In this document: positions 8,216 to 16,643 of the stretch, piece after piece
How the letters are laid out: every line of letters begins with the position of its first letter
Numbering within the stretch: the stretch's first letter is position 1
NCBI GenBank assembly: GCA_007124345.1
Contig: SLFH01000194.1
Location: 1-29,373 of the forward strand
DNA: 29,373 nt
DNA from: Phycisphaerales bacterium
GTDB taxonomy: Bacteria > Planctomycetota > Phycisphaerae > Phycisphaerales > UBA1924
Direction of reading: 5' to 3'
Notes under the pieces: model-generated
Databases searched by the model: none
What the model was told of the DNA's origin: nothing
The model's input: the letters and a program-made list of their open reading frames with translations, nothing else
Program-made: the position numbers and the translations under genes

Positions 8216-9205
8216 TCAAGCCGAGGCGGTCGCACGCCTCAGGCGATCGTGAACAGCACGCCAGACCGCCTCCGATGAAGCGTCCGGCCCGCGCAACGGC
8301 GGACGCTCGATCAGGATCCGGCTCGGCCCCGCCTCATCCGCCTCGCGCATCGCCGCGTACAGCCGCGCCGCGTACGCCGACGCGTTCGCCGGCATCGCCA
8401 CCACGAACACCCCCTCGGGCGCCTCATCGAAGTCGATCGCGACGATCGCCTCGCCCACCTCGGCGAGTTCGAGCTCCTCGCGGTCGACGAGCACCGCCCT
8501 GGCCCGCGGCGCGTAGTGGCGCCCCATCAGCCCCGGCGATTCGGCAACGCTGTGGATTTCGTCGCTCCCCGCGTCGGCGTTGCGCACAGGCCCTTCCAGC
8601 ACGCTCGCGATCGCCTCGGCGCCCACCACCCCCGGGCGCAGCACCGTCGCCTCGCCGAAGCCATCACCCTCAAGCCGCAGCACGGTCGACTCGATCCCGC
8701 GTGGGCAGGGCCCGCCGTCGAGGATGAACACCTCGTCCTCAGAAAACGATGCGCGAACATGCGCCGCGTCGGTGGGGGAGAGCAGGCCAGACCGATTGGC
8801 GCTCGGGCCGACCAAGGGACCGCCGAACGCCTCGATCAACGCCAGGGTCAGCGGATGGTCCGGGCAGCGCACCGCCACCGTCCCGCCCCCGCCCGTCACC
8901 CGCTCGGGCAATCGTTCCGCTCTGGGCAGTACGATCGAGAGCGGCCCGGGCCAGAACGCCTCGGCCAGTCGCTGCGCCGAAGCGGGCCATACGCCCGCGA
9001 CCTCTCGCGCCATCTCTGGCCCCGAGACATGCACAATCAGCGGGTTGCCCGAAGGACGCCCCTTCAGTTCGTACACCCGCTCTACCGCCGCAGCGTCCAG
9101 AGCGTCGGCCCCGAGCCCGTAGACCGTCTCGGTCGGGAAGGCGACAAGCCCGCCATCCTTCAGGCGTCTGACGGCTTCGGCGATCTGTTCGGGTCCGGCG
9201 CTCAT
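8216..9205 (-). CDS. sua5: L-threonylcarbamoyladenylate synthase, Sua5 type (YrdC domain plus SUA5 C-terminal domain)
   Basis: Motifs VAFPTETVYGLGA, KGRPSGNPLIVH, FWPGPLSIVL, PSANRSG, GIESTV, SPGLMGRHYAP, YAARLYAAMR. Confidence 0.93.
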   Translation of the reverse strand: MSAGPEQIAEAVRRLKDGGLVAFPTETVYGLGADALDAAAVERVYELKGRPSGNPLIVHVSGPEMAREVAGVWPASAQRLAEAFWPGPLSIVLPRAERLPERVTGGGGTVAVRCPDHPLTLALIEAFGGPLVGPSANRSGLLSPTDAAHVRASFSEDEVFILDGGPCPRGIESTVLRLEGDGFGEATVLRPGVVGAEAIASVLEGPVRNADAGSDEIHSVAESPGLMGRHYAPRARAVLVDREELELAEVGEAIVAIDFDEAPEGVFVVAMPANASAYAARLYAAMREADEAGPSRILIERPPLRGPDASSEAVWRAVHDRLRRATASA

Positions 9206-11032
9206 TCAGCGTCCGAGGAAGTTCGGGTCGATCCCCTCCGGGTCACGCACCTCGAAGCGGATCCGGTTGCGCTCCAGCAGCGTCCCCATCGAGGCGTACA
9301 GCTCCGCGAGCGAGATCTGATAGTCGATCATCGCCTGCACCTCCGCACGCTCGGAATTGGCGAGCTGGTCCTGGCGGTTGAACTCGACCTCGAGCCTCTC
9401 GATCGTGAACCCGCCCACCGTTTCCTTCTCCGCCTGCAGCGCCCGAAGCGCCTCGCTCGCGGAGATCCGCGCGATGCGGCTCTGCTCGATCAGCGAGAAG
9501 TTCGTCGACGCGTTGTCCAGCGTGTTCTTGATCTCAAGCGCGATCTGCTGCACCGAATTCCGAAGCGAGATCACCGCCTGCTGACGCTCCAGCGTCCGCT
9601 GGCGGAGCAGCGCCTCGGCGGAACGGTTCCCGATCGGCTGCTCGAAGAACACGCCCACGATCGCGTCGACGAAGTCACGGTCGAACGCGCTGGAATACGC
9701 GCTGCCGAGCCCGCTCTCCAGCGCGTTCAGCCGGAGCAGCACCCGCAGATCGAGCTGCGGCAGCCGCGCGTTGTCCGCCACCACTCGCTGGATCGTCGTG
9801 TTATCGATCGACAGGATCGCCTGGTCGATCTCCGGCCGGTGGCGCACCGCCGACGCGACCGCCTCGCCCAGGTTGTACCGGATCGGCGCGTCCATGGCGC
9901 CGTCGCTCGGCACAAGCAAGAGCTCGCTCGTCACCGGGATGTTCGGGTCGTTCAGGAGCGCCTTCAGGCGGTCGCTCCTCCGACGAAGCACATTCTGCGC
10001 CCGGATCACATTGCCCTTGCGGTCCTCGACATTCGACGCCGCGGCGGTGATCTGCGGGGGCGTCGCGTCGATCGCCCGACGCGCCGAAACCTGGTTGAAC
10101 AGCTGCTCGCCCCGCTCGGTCTGCCGCTGAAGGATCAGAAGATCCCAGTGCGCCTGGACAAGCTGCCAGTACGCCCGCTCGACCTCCAGCACCGTCCGAA
10201 GCATCTCGCCCCTGAACCGGGCGACAGCCTCACGCTCGGCGTTCCGCGAAAGACGAACCTGCGCCAGCGCAACATCCGAGCCGAACCCGCGAAGCAGCGG
10301 CTGGTCGTACTGGAACGCCAGCGTCATCTGCCAACCGGGGTTGGGCGAGAGGCTCAGACCCGCCTCGGTCTGGTCGAAGTACTCGAGATCCTGGCGGAAC
10401 TCGATCTGCCCGCCGGTGATCAACGCTCGCCGCACACCCGCCTGCGTTGTCAGCGAGTCACGCTGCTGAAAGTCGCCCCCGATCGGCTGCTGCGCGGCGC
10501 GGGAGAGCGTCGGCGTCTCCGTCGAGCCCCACTGCGCCGTCGCAAAGAGCGTCCAGTCGAAGGCGGCCTCCGCCTGCACCAGCTGCGCCTCGCTCACCGA
10601 GGGCGCCAGCCGGGCGAACTCGAGCTCCAGGTTGTTCTGCACCGTCACCCGGATCGCGTCCTCAAGCGAGATCGCGACCGTCTCGACAGGGTCGCCCAGA
10701 AGGTTGGTCATCTCGGGCAGCCCGAGCTCCGTCAGGTCGTACGCATCCGGGCCGGCCATCCGCCGAAGTTCGGGCATCCGGCTGCGGATGTCCTCCACAA
10801 GCCACTCGGGATACCCGCTCAGCCCGACCGCTCGGGTCGACTCCACCTTTTCGGGGCGCCGAGTCAGCGGGGCGAGGTCTTTGCGGACGCCCTCGATCAC
10901 GCTCCGTCGGAGCGACTCGGCGTGCCCGTCGGGCGGCAGGGGCTTGGCGCAACCCCAGAGCCCGCCCGCGGCCATGGCAACGAGGCCGGCGCTTCGGAGG
11001 GAGACGGACCAATGGCGTTTGGCTGATTGCAT
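9206..11032 (-). CDS. TolC-family outer-membrane efflux channel, predicted lipoprotein
   Basis: Lipobox LWG-C28; ISLEDAIRVTVQNNLEL; QPLLRGFG; V..VERAYWQL; RPEIDQA; ARLPQLDL; two-repeat outer-membrane efflux protein (OEP) architecture. Confidence 0.85.
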   Translation of the reverse strand: MQSAKRHWSVSLRSAGLVAMAAGGLWGCAKPLPPDGHAESLRRSVIEGVRKDLAPLTRRPEKVESTRAVGLSGYPEWLVEDIRSRMPELRRMAGPDAYDLTELGLPEMTNLLGDPVETVAISLEDAIRVTVQNNLELEFARLAPSVSEAQLVQAEAAFDWTLFATAQWGSTETPTLSRAAQQPIGGDFQQRDSLTTQAGVRRALITGGQIEFRQDLEYFDQTEAGLSLSPNPGWQMTLAFQYDQPLLRGFGSDVALAQVRLSRNAEREAVARFRGEMLRTVLEVERAYWQLVQAHWDLLILQRQTERGEQLFNQVSARRAIDATPPQITAAASNVEDRKGNVIRAQNVLRRRSDRLKALLNDPNIPVTSELLLVPSDGAMDAPIRYNLGEAVASAVRHRPEIDQAILSIDNTTIQRVVADNARLPQLDLRVLLRLNALESGLGSAYSSAFDRDFVDAIVGVFFEQPIGNRSAEALLRQRTLERQQAVISLRNSVQQIALEIKNTLDNASTNFSLIEQSRIARISASEALRALQAEKETVGGFTIERLEVEFNRQDQLANSERAEVQAMIDYQISLAELYASMGTLLERNRIRFEVRDPEGIDPNFLGR

Positions 11033-11288
11033 ATGTTTGAGTAGGCGTTCGAGCCGCGTGGGGGTCGGTCAGCCGGCAAACGCCAGCCTACGGGGGGACG
11101 AACGATAGCCACCCCTCCCCGATTAAGCGCGTCAGAGCACGCCTCCCGCCGGACCCCGCTCAAACGACAGGCCAAGGCCGCGGGCGGAGCCTTTCCAGGC
11201 GATCTAGACTAACTCATTGCGGGTCCGGAGGGCCCGCACAAGATCACACGCTGATCCAACGGGCCCACGCACCCGGCAGGAGGCACCC

Positions 11289-12575
11289 ATGCGTCGCCGT
11301 CGACTCCACACCCAAACGATCTGCGCCGGACTCTGCGCGATCACCCTTTTCGCGGGCCTCCCCGCCGCAGCGATCGCCGATGAGCCCGAACGCCGGTCGA
11401 TCCGCGATGTCGAGCCCCGGCGCGTCGTCGTCAGCGTCTCGGAGACAGCCCTCCGCAGCGGCGAGCTCGAACGCTTCTACCCAGTCGCCCGCCTCCGCGA
11501 AGGCGCGGAGCTGACCGTCATCGGCGAGGGCGACGGGTGGTACCGCGTCCGTTACCCCAGCCGCGTCGGCGCATTCGTGCCCGCCTCAGAGGGCCGCCTC
11601 GACGAGGAGCAGTCGCGGGTCCGCCTGACGGCGCCCTCACGCCTCAAGGCCCCCAACGAGGCCGGCGGTTTCCGCATGAGCTGGCGCTCCGTGCTCGACG
11701 AGCCCCTCCCCGCCGGCGAGCACCTCCGCCTCATCGAGGTCGTCCGCGACGACAACGGCCGCCCCGCCGCCTTCCGGGTCGTCCCACCCCAGAACGCCGG
11801 CGCTTACATCCGAAGCGACCATGTCTCAGACGCCCCCCGCACCGCCTCGGGCGAGCAGACCGGCACGCTCGCCACCCCAGAGCGCACGACGCGCACCGAT
11901 CTGAACGACGCCCCAACCGCGACAGACCCCGAGCGCCCCGGCCGCGAGACCCAAGCCCGCGAAGTGACCCGCGCAGACGAAGCCCCCGTCGTCATCGATC
12001 AGGGCGAGCGCACCCGCCTCCGCGCCCCCGAGACCGCCAATCTCCAGCAGCTCGATGCGGCCTACCAGCGCCTCCGCGCCGGCGAGGGCGGCGCTGCAGA
12101 GCTCGAAGCCCTCCTCGGCGAGTACCAGGCCGCTCTGGAGGCCACAGAGGAGAGCCCCTTCACCGAACGCCTGCGCACGCAGCTCAGCGACCGCATCGCG
12201 ATGATCAACCTCCGCATCCAGATGCGCGACCGCCTCGCCAACCTGACCGATCCGGACGCGGACGCAACCGACACCGAAGCCGCCGTCCAGCGCTTCCGCG
12301 AAGCCGTCTCTGCCGGACGCCACGACTTCGTCGGCAGGCTCTCCGCCTCGCCGGTCTACACCGGCGACGGCCTGCCACGCCTCTTCGCGCTCCGCTCGGT
12401 CTCGGGCCTCGACCGGGTCCTCGGTTACATCGACCCCGCTCAGGTCGATCGGGCGCATACGCTCGTCGGCCGGGTCGTGGGCATCCACGGCAGCGTGGAG
12501 ACGACCCGGAGGTCGGGCGCGAGCATCATCCGGGTCGACCGGATCGAACGCCTCCCCGATCCCGCCGCAGACTGA
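11289..12575 (+). CDS. Secreted protein with two SH3-like domains, a low-complexity linker, a coiled coil and a C-terminal beta domain
   Basis: GGAGG SD before ATG 11289; Sec-type signal ending PAAAIA-D; SH3b-like segments LTVIGEGDGWYRVRYP..AFV and LRLIEVV...FRVVPPQNAGAYIRSDHV. Confidence 0.7.
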   Translation: MRRRRLHTQTICAGLCAITLFAGLPAAAIADEPERRSIRDVEPRRVVVSVSETALRSGELERFYPVARLREGAELTVIGEGDGWYRVRYPSRVGAFVPASEGRLDEEQSRVRLTAPSRLKAPNEAGGFRMSWRSVLDEPLPAGEHLRLIEVVRDDNGRPAAFRVVPPQNAGAYIRSDHVSDAPRTASGEQTGTLATPERTTRTDLNDAPTATDPERPGRETQAREVTRADEAPVVIDQGERTRLRAPETANLQQLDAAYQRLRAGEGGAAELEALLGEYQAALEATEESPFTERLRTQLSDRIAMINLRIQMRDRLANLTDPDADATDTEAAVQRFREAVSAGRHDFVGRLSASPVYTGDGLPRLFALRSVSGLDRVLGYIDPAQVDRAHTLVGRVVGIHGSVETTRRSGASIIRVDRIERLPDPAAD

Positions 12576-12607
12576 TCTCGCGCCGCGCCGGGGCGCACCA
12601 CCGACCA

Positions 12608-13879
12608 ATGGCCCCGACCCAAGACGCCTCCGGTCAGATCGCCTTCGCACACGGCCTCTCGGCCGCGGACGACGCCGCTGCAGCCGCGTCCGGCGCCGCT
12701 TCCTCCGCGATGCAACGCCTCGACAGGCCCGCCGACCTCGCCCTCGTCTTCATCTCCACGCCCCATGTCGCCGAAGCTGCGACCGTCAGCAAGATCGTCC
12801 GCGAAATCACCAACGCCCGGTGTCTCGTCGGCGTCAGCGGCGTCGGCGTGCTCGCCGGCGACCGTGAGTTCGACGACGGACCGGGCGTCGCCGTCCTTGT
12901 CGCTTCCATGCCCGGCGTTCAGATCGAACCCTTCGCCGGCCCGGAGGTCCTCGACGCCTCCGACGACCCCGAAAGGCTCGCCCGGGTCATCCACGCCGGT
13001 CCCGACCAGAAGGGCCTCATCCTCTTCGCCGACGCCTTCAGCGTCCCCGTCGGCGGCCTCCTCGCACGCATCAACGACGCCAGGATCCAGGCCGGCGTCG
13101 ACCTCCGCGAATCCCCCCTGATCGGCGGCATGGCCTCCGCCGGCGACGAGCCCGGCGCCAACGCGATGTTTCTTAACGACCGGGTTTTCAACAGCGGGGT
13201 GGTCGGTGTCTCGTTCCGCGGCCCCGTCCGTATCGACGCGGTCGTCAGCCAGGGCTGCAAGCCCTTCGGCCCGAATTTCGTCATCACAAAGGCCCGCCCC
13301 AACCTCATCCAGGAACTCGGCGGCCGCCCCGCGATGGAGCGCATCGAAGAAGCCGTCGAAGACCTCGAACAGGCCGACCGCAAACTCCTCGCCGGCGGCC
13401 TGCTCCTCGGCCGCGTGGTCGACGAGCGCAAGCCCCGCTTCGGCCGGGGCGACTACCTCATCCGCCACATCGTCGGCATCGACAAGCGATCGGGGGCCGT
13501 CGCCGTCGACGACCGCCTCAGAACCGGCCAGACGGTCCGCCTGCACCTCCGCGACCGCGAGACCGCCTCCAGCGACCTCCTGCTCCTGATGGACGCCCAG
13601 CGGCTGCAGGACGCCCCGGCGGGGGCCCTGGTCTGCACCTGCAACGCCAGAGGCTCGGCCCTCTTCGGTCGCCCGCACCACGACGCCATGGCCGTCGCCC
13701 GCGCCTTCCAGACCGTCGAGCCGGGAGAGCGTGCCGCCCGCGGCGGCCAGCCCATCGACGCCGGAGCGCCGATCCTCCCGACCGCCGGCTTCTTCGCCGC
13801 CGGCGAGATCGGCCCGATCGCCGGGCAGGGGTTCCTGCACACGCAGACGGCGTGTATCGCTCTGTTCCGGGCGGAGTGA
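12608..13879 (+). CDS. Stand-alone FIST-domain (FIST-N plus FIST-C) signal transduction protein
   Basis: Motifs DLALVFIS, LVGVSGVGVL, LIGGMASAG, VVSQGCKPFG, GQTVRLHLRD, CNARG..LF..PHHD, GFFAAGEIGP. True start is ATG 12608, inside the 780-aa track ORF. Confidence 0.85.
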   Translation: MAPTQDASGQIAFAHGLSAADDAAAAASGAASSAMQRLDRPADLALVFISTPHVAEAATVSKIVREITNARCLVGVSGVGVLAGDREFDDGPGVAVLVASMPGVQIEPFAGPEVLDASDDPERLARVIHAGPDQKGLILFADAFSVPVGGLLARINDARIQAGVDLRESPLIGGMASAGDEPGANAMFLNDRVFNSGVVGVSFRGPVRIDAVVSQGCKPFGPNFVITKARPNLIQELGGRPAMERIEEAVEDLEQADRKLLAGGLLLGRVVDERKPRFGRGDYLIRHIVGIDKRSGAVAVDDRLRTGQTVRLHLRDRETASSDLLLLMDAQRLQDAPAGALVCTCNARGSALFGRPHHDAMAVARAFQTVEPGERAARGGQPIDAGAPILPTAGFFAAGEIGPIAGQGFLHTQTACIALFRAE

Positions 13880-13896
13880 GCACGTCAAAGGTGCTC
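13878..13896 (+). terminator. Short hairpin immediately after the FIST stop codon (weak terminator candidate)
   Basis: GAGCAC-N7-GTGCTC, a 6-bp stem with no strong U-tract. Confidence 0.25.
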
Positions 13897-14112
13897 GGGT
13901 TGTCGGCGTCGGGGGAAATCCTGTCGGTTGCGCGCCCCCAAGGCGCCCGGCAGATTGCCCGGTTTACCCGCATTGACCCGGAAGTGCCAACCCCGAATCC
14001 TCTGGCAGGTCGGGCGGGCTCGGGTTCGCTACGCTTGCCGCCCCGGCCCGATCGTTCCGTCCGGCGACGGTCTTGTGGATTCTGAACAATCCGGGAGAGC
14101 AGGAGTCTTCTG

Positions 14113-14574
14113 ATGGCCTCGAGCAACAACGAGACGGTGATCGGCGCCGACGCGCAGATCAAGGGTGAAGTGATCTTCGCGTCCTCGGCGAAGATCATGG
14201 GGACGATCGAGGGTTCGGTCGTCGCCAAGGGCGACCTCCATGTCGCCGCCGGCGCCAACTGCCGAGCGTCCATCGACGCCGCCAAGGTCACCGTCGACGG
14301 GCTGGTGCAGGGCAACGTCAAGGCCTCCGAACGCCTCGAGCTCAGCGCTAACGCGAGGCTCGAGGGCGACCTCGAAGCCGCCAAGCTCATCGTCGCCGAG
14401 GGCGCCAGCTTCACCGGCCACTGCAAGATCGGCGGGGGCCCGAAGGCCTCGTCCAACGGCTCGGCCGCCTCGGTCGCCGAGACCAAGCCCGACGCCGGAC
14501 GCACCGAGTCCAAGGACGATGACGACGCCGGCCGCAAAGCCGCCGGTCGCGCCACCGCCGCCGCCAAGAAGTAA
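14113..14574 (+). CDS. Bactofilin (polymer-forming cytoskeletal protein, CcmA family)
   Basis: ETVIGADAQIKGEV, IMGTIEGSV, VTVDGLVQGNV, ARLEGDLEAAKLIVAEGASFTGHC beta-helix repeats; AGGAG SD. Confidence 0.9.
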   Translation: MASSNNETVIGADAQIKGEVIFASSAKIMGTIEGSVVAKGDLHVAAGANCRASIDAAKVTVDGLVQGNVKASERLELSANARLEGDLEAAKLIVAEGASFTGHCKIGGGPKASSNGSAASVAETKPDAGRTESKDDDDAGRKAAGRATAAAKK

Positions 14575-14613
14575 ACCCGGCAGCGGGGCGCAGCCGCCCC
14601 CGGAACACGCCGC

Positions 14614-15126
14614 ATGGCAAAGCAGAAGGGCCCCCGACCGGTCCGGTGTTACCACTGCGGGAGAACCTTCGAGGTTCCCGCCAAGGCGATGACCTGCTCG
14701 TGCCCCGGATGCTTCAAGGGCATCCAGCTCGAAAGCATCGTGGTCAAGAACATGGAGCAGATGTCCCGCCTGGAGACCTGCGGCTCGATCACTGTCCGCA
14801 AGCGCGGGCTTGTGCAGGCCGACCGCATTATCGCCGCCGAAGGCATCGAGGTCGAGGGCATCGTCCACGCCAACGCCAGAAGCGGCCGGCGCGTCACGCT
14901 CCACGCCGGGGCGCAGTGGAAGGGCGACCTGACCGCCCCCTCGCTGGAGATCCGCGAGGGCGCGAGCATCCTCGGCGGGTTCTTCCGAATCGGCCCCGGC
15001 GAGGTCGAACCGCCGCGAGAACCCGTTGCCGCCGGCGCAACCAGCGACGCTCAATCGCCGGCGGGCAGCACCACGCCGCGGCACTCGCCGAAACCCACGC
15101 GCCGGAAACCGTCGCGCTCGCAATAG
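14614..15126 (+). CDS. Bactofilin with N-terminal zinc ribbon
   Basis: C12xxC15...C28xC30xxC33, followed by bactofilin-type repeats (IEVEGIVHANA, WKGDLTAPSLEIREGASILGGFFRIG). Confidence 0.8.
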   Translation: MAKQKGPRPVRCYHCGRTFEVPAKAMTCSCPGCFKGIQLESIVVKNMEQMSRLETCGSITVRKRGLVQADRIIAAEGIEVEGIVHANARSGRRVTLHAGAQWKGDLTAPSLEIREGASILGGFFRIGPGEVEPPREPVAAGATSDAQSPAGSTTPRHSPKPTRRKPSRSQ

Positions 15127-16442
15127 CCCCGCAGGATCACCTCGTCGCCGTCGGCGAGGAACTTGCGTTCTTCGCCTGTGGGCAGCTTCAGCGGCGTGCG
15201 GGCGCTGCCGGGCTTGCTGACCGGCGGGTTCGCGAACGGGTCGCCGTCCCAGGTGAGCTCCAGCAAACAGCCGCGGTTTTCACGCTTGGGGCCCGAGACG
15301 GTGCCCGAGGCGAGCAGGTCGCCCGGACGCATGTTGCACCCGTTGCTCGAGTGATGCGTGAGCATCTGTGCAATGGTCCAGTACATGTCCTTAAGGTTGC
15401 CGCTGCTCAGGCGGATCGGGTCGATCCCCTTCTTGCGCATCTCGGCGCTGGCGAGCAGGACTTCGAGCTTCAGGTCGATCCCGCCGGTCTCGCGGTCCAT
15501 GTCGCCGGTAAGGTGGGGGAGGGGCCGCGGATCGTCCGCCGAGCGCTCCATGGCGCGGCAGCGGTAGGGCGTCAGCGCTTCCAGCGGCACGACAAACGGG
15601 CTCACGCTGGTGGCGAAGCTCTTGGCCAGGAACGGGCCCAGGGGCTGGTACTCCCACTTCTGGATGTCCCGCGCCGACCAATCGTTGACGAGGCACAGCC
15701 CGAAGATGTGCTCCTCGGCATTGTCAATTGGGATCCAGCGGCCCAGCTCGTTGCCCCGCCCGACATAGAACCCGACTTCCAGCTCGTAGTCCATGAGCTT
15801 GCACGGGCCGAAGGCGGGCGGACCGTCGTCGATCGTCGCCCCGGGCAACAGCTGGCCCATCGGACGGCGCACCGGCGATCCCGAGATCACGATCGAGCTG
15901 GCCCGCCCGTGGTATCCGACGGGGAGCCACTTGTAGTTGGGCAAGAGCGGGTTGTCGGGCCTGAACATGCTGCCGACATTGGTGGCGTGAAAGACCGACG
16001 CGTAGAAGTCGGTGTAGTCGCGCACCTCGAAGGGCAGCAGCAGCTCGGCGCCGGCCCGCGGGAAGAGCGCGACGCCGACGAGCTCCTCGTCGGATCGCAG
16101 GTCGTCGGACTTGTCGGTCAGCAACTCGACGAGACGCATGCGCAGGCGTCGCCGATCCTCGGTCGGCAGCGAGGCGAGATCGTCGAGCGTCTCGAACTGC
16201 AGCGCCATGGCGATGTCGCCGTCGTCCGCCCCCAGCAGTCCGGCGCTGGAGACCTCCAGGAGGTCGAGCAGTTGGTCGCCGATGGCGACACAGATGCGGG
16301 GATCGGTCTCGCCCGGTTCCTCGGCCCTGTCGGCGACGCAGAAGGGGAGGTTCTGGACGGGGAAATCGGTCGCGGGGTCGTTGGCCGACTCGACCCATGA
16401 CTTCAGCTTCGGATCGTGCGTGTCATCGATGGGGTAGGACAT
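15051..16442 (-). CDS. fahA: Fumarylacetoacetase
   Basis: Motifs TDFPVQNLPF, DYTDFYASVFHATNVG, PVGYHGRASSIV, MDYELEVG, NDWSARDIQKWEYQPLGPFLAKSF, GDLLASGTVSG, GFGECRG. ATG 16442 has a GGAG SD. Confidence 0.95.
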   Translation of the reverse strand: MSYPIDDTHDPKLKSWVESANDPATDFPVQNLPFCVADRAEEPGETDPRICVAIGDQLLDLLEVSSAGLLGADDGDIAMALQFETLDDLASLPTEDRRRLRMRLVELLTDKSDDLRSDEELVGVALFPRAGAELLLPFEVRDYTDFYASVFHATNVGSMFRPDNPLLPNYKWLPVGYHGRASSIVISGSPVRRPMGQLLPGATIDDGPPAFGPCKLMDYELEVGFYVGRGNELGRWIPIDNAEEHIFGLCLVNDWSARDIQKWEYQPLGPFLAKSFATSVSPFVVPLEALTPYRCRAMERSADDPRPLPHLTGDMDRETGGIDLKLEVLLASAEMRKKGIDPIRLSSGNLKDMYWTIAQMLTHHSSNGCNMRPGDLLASGTVSGPKRENRGCLLELTWDGDPFANPPVSKPGSARTPLKLPTGEERKFLADGDEVILRGYCERDGFRRVGFGECRGVVLPAGD

Positions 16443-16534
16443 CTGGGGCTCCATTCCGGCTCTGATTCTTGTGATCGCTCAGTATCGATGCAGCGTCGAG
16501 GTTGCGTCGTCGAGAACGAGTCTCTGCAAGACCC

Positions 16535-16621
16535 TGTGGCACTGGCGGCTTGCCCGCCAGTGTTTCATGTCATGGACCGAGGCGAGCGGAGCACACTGGC
16601 GGGCAAGCCGCCGGTGCTACA
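16535..16621. repeat. REP doublet (REPIN/BIME-like): two inverted ~29-nt palindromic units with a 29-nt spacer
   Basis: Unit 1 (16535-16563) is TGTGGCACTGGCGGCTTGCCCGCCAGTGT. The reverse complement of unit 2 (16593-16621) is TGTAGCACCGGCGGCTTGCCCGCCAGTGT, giving 27/29 identity. Unit 1 forms a 9-bp stem with a 5-nt loop, and each unit has GT(A/G)G at its 5' end. Confidence 0.8.
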
Positions 16622-16643
16622 TGGTAGATGACGGATGCGTGGT

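Noticed and set aside
1947-11026. Other long overlapping ORFs (e.g. 1947-3881 -, 4528-6756 +, 6554-8149 +, 8516-11026 +; likewise 12440-13888 -, 14646-16400 +, 17563-19209 +, 25418-27220 -, 25690-27318 +)
   Set aside because: All overlap recognisable genes in another frame or strand and show no family motifs; this is expected at ~70% GC.
11537-12607. 780-aa ORF suggesting an extended FIST protein
   Set aside because: The first ~357 codons are an off-frame Arg/Pro-rich reading of the SH3 gene.
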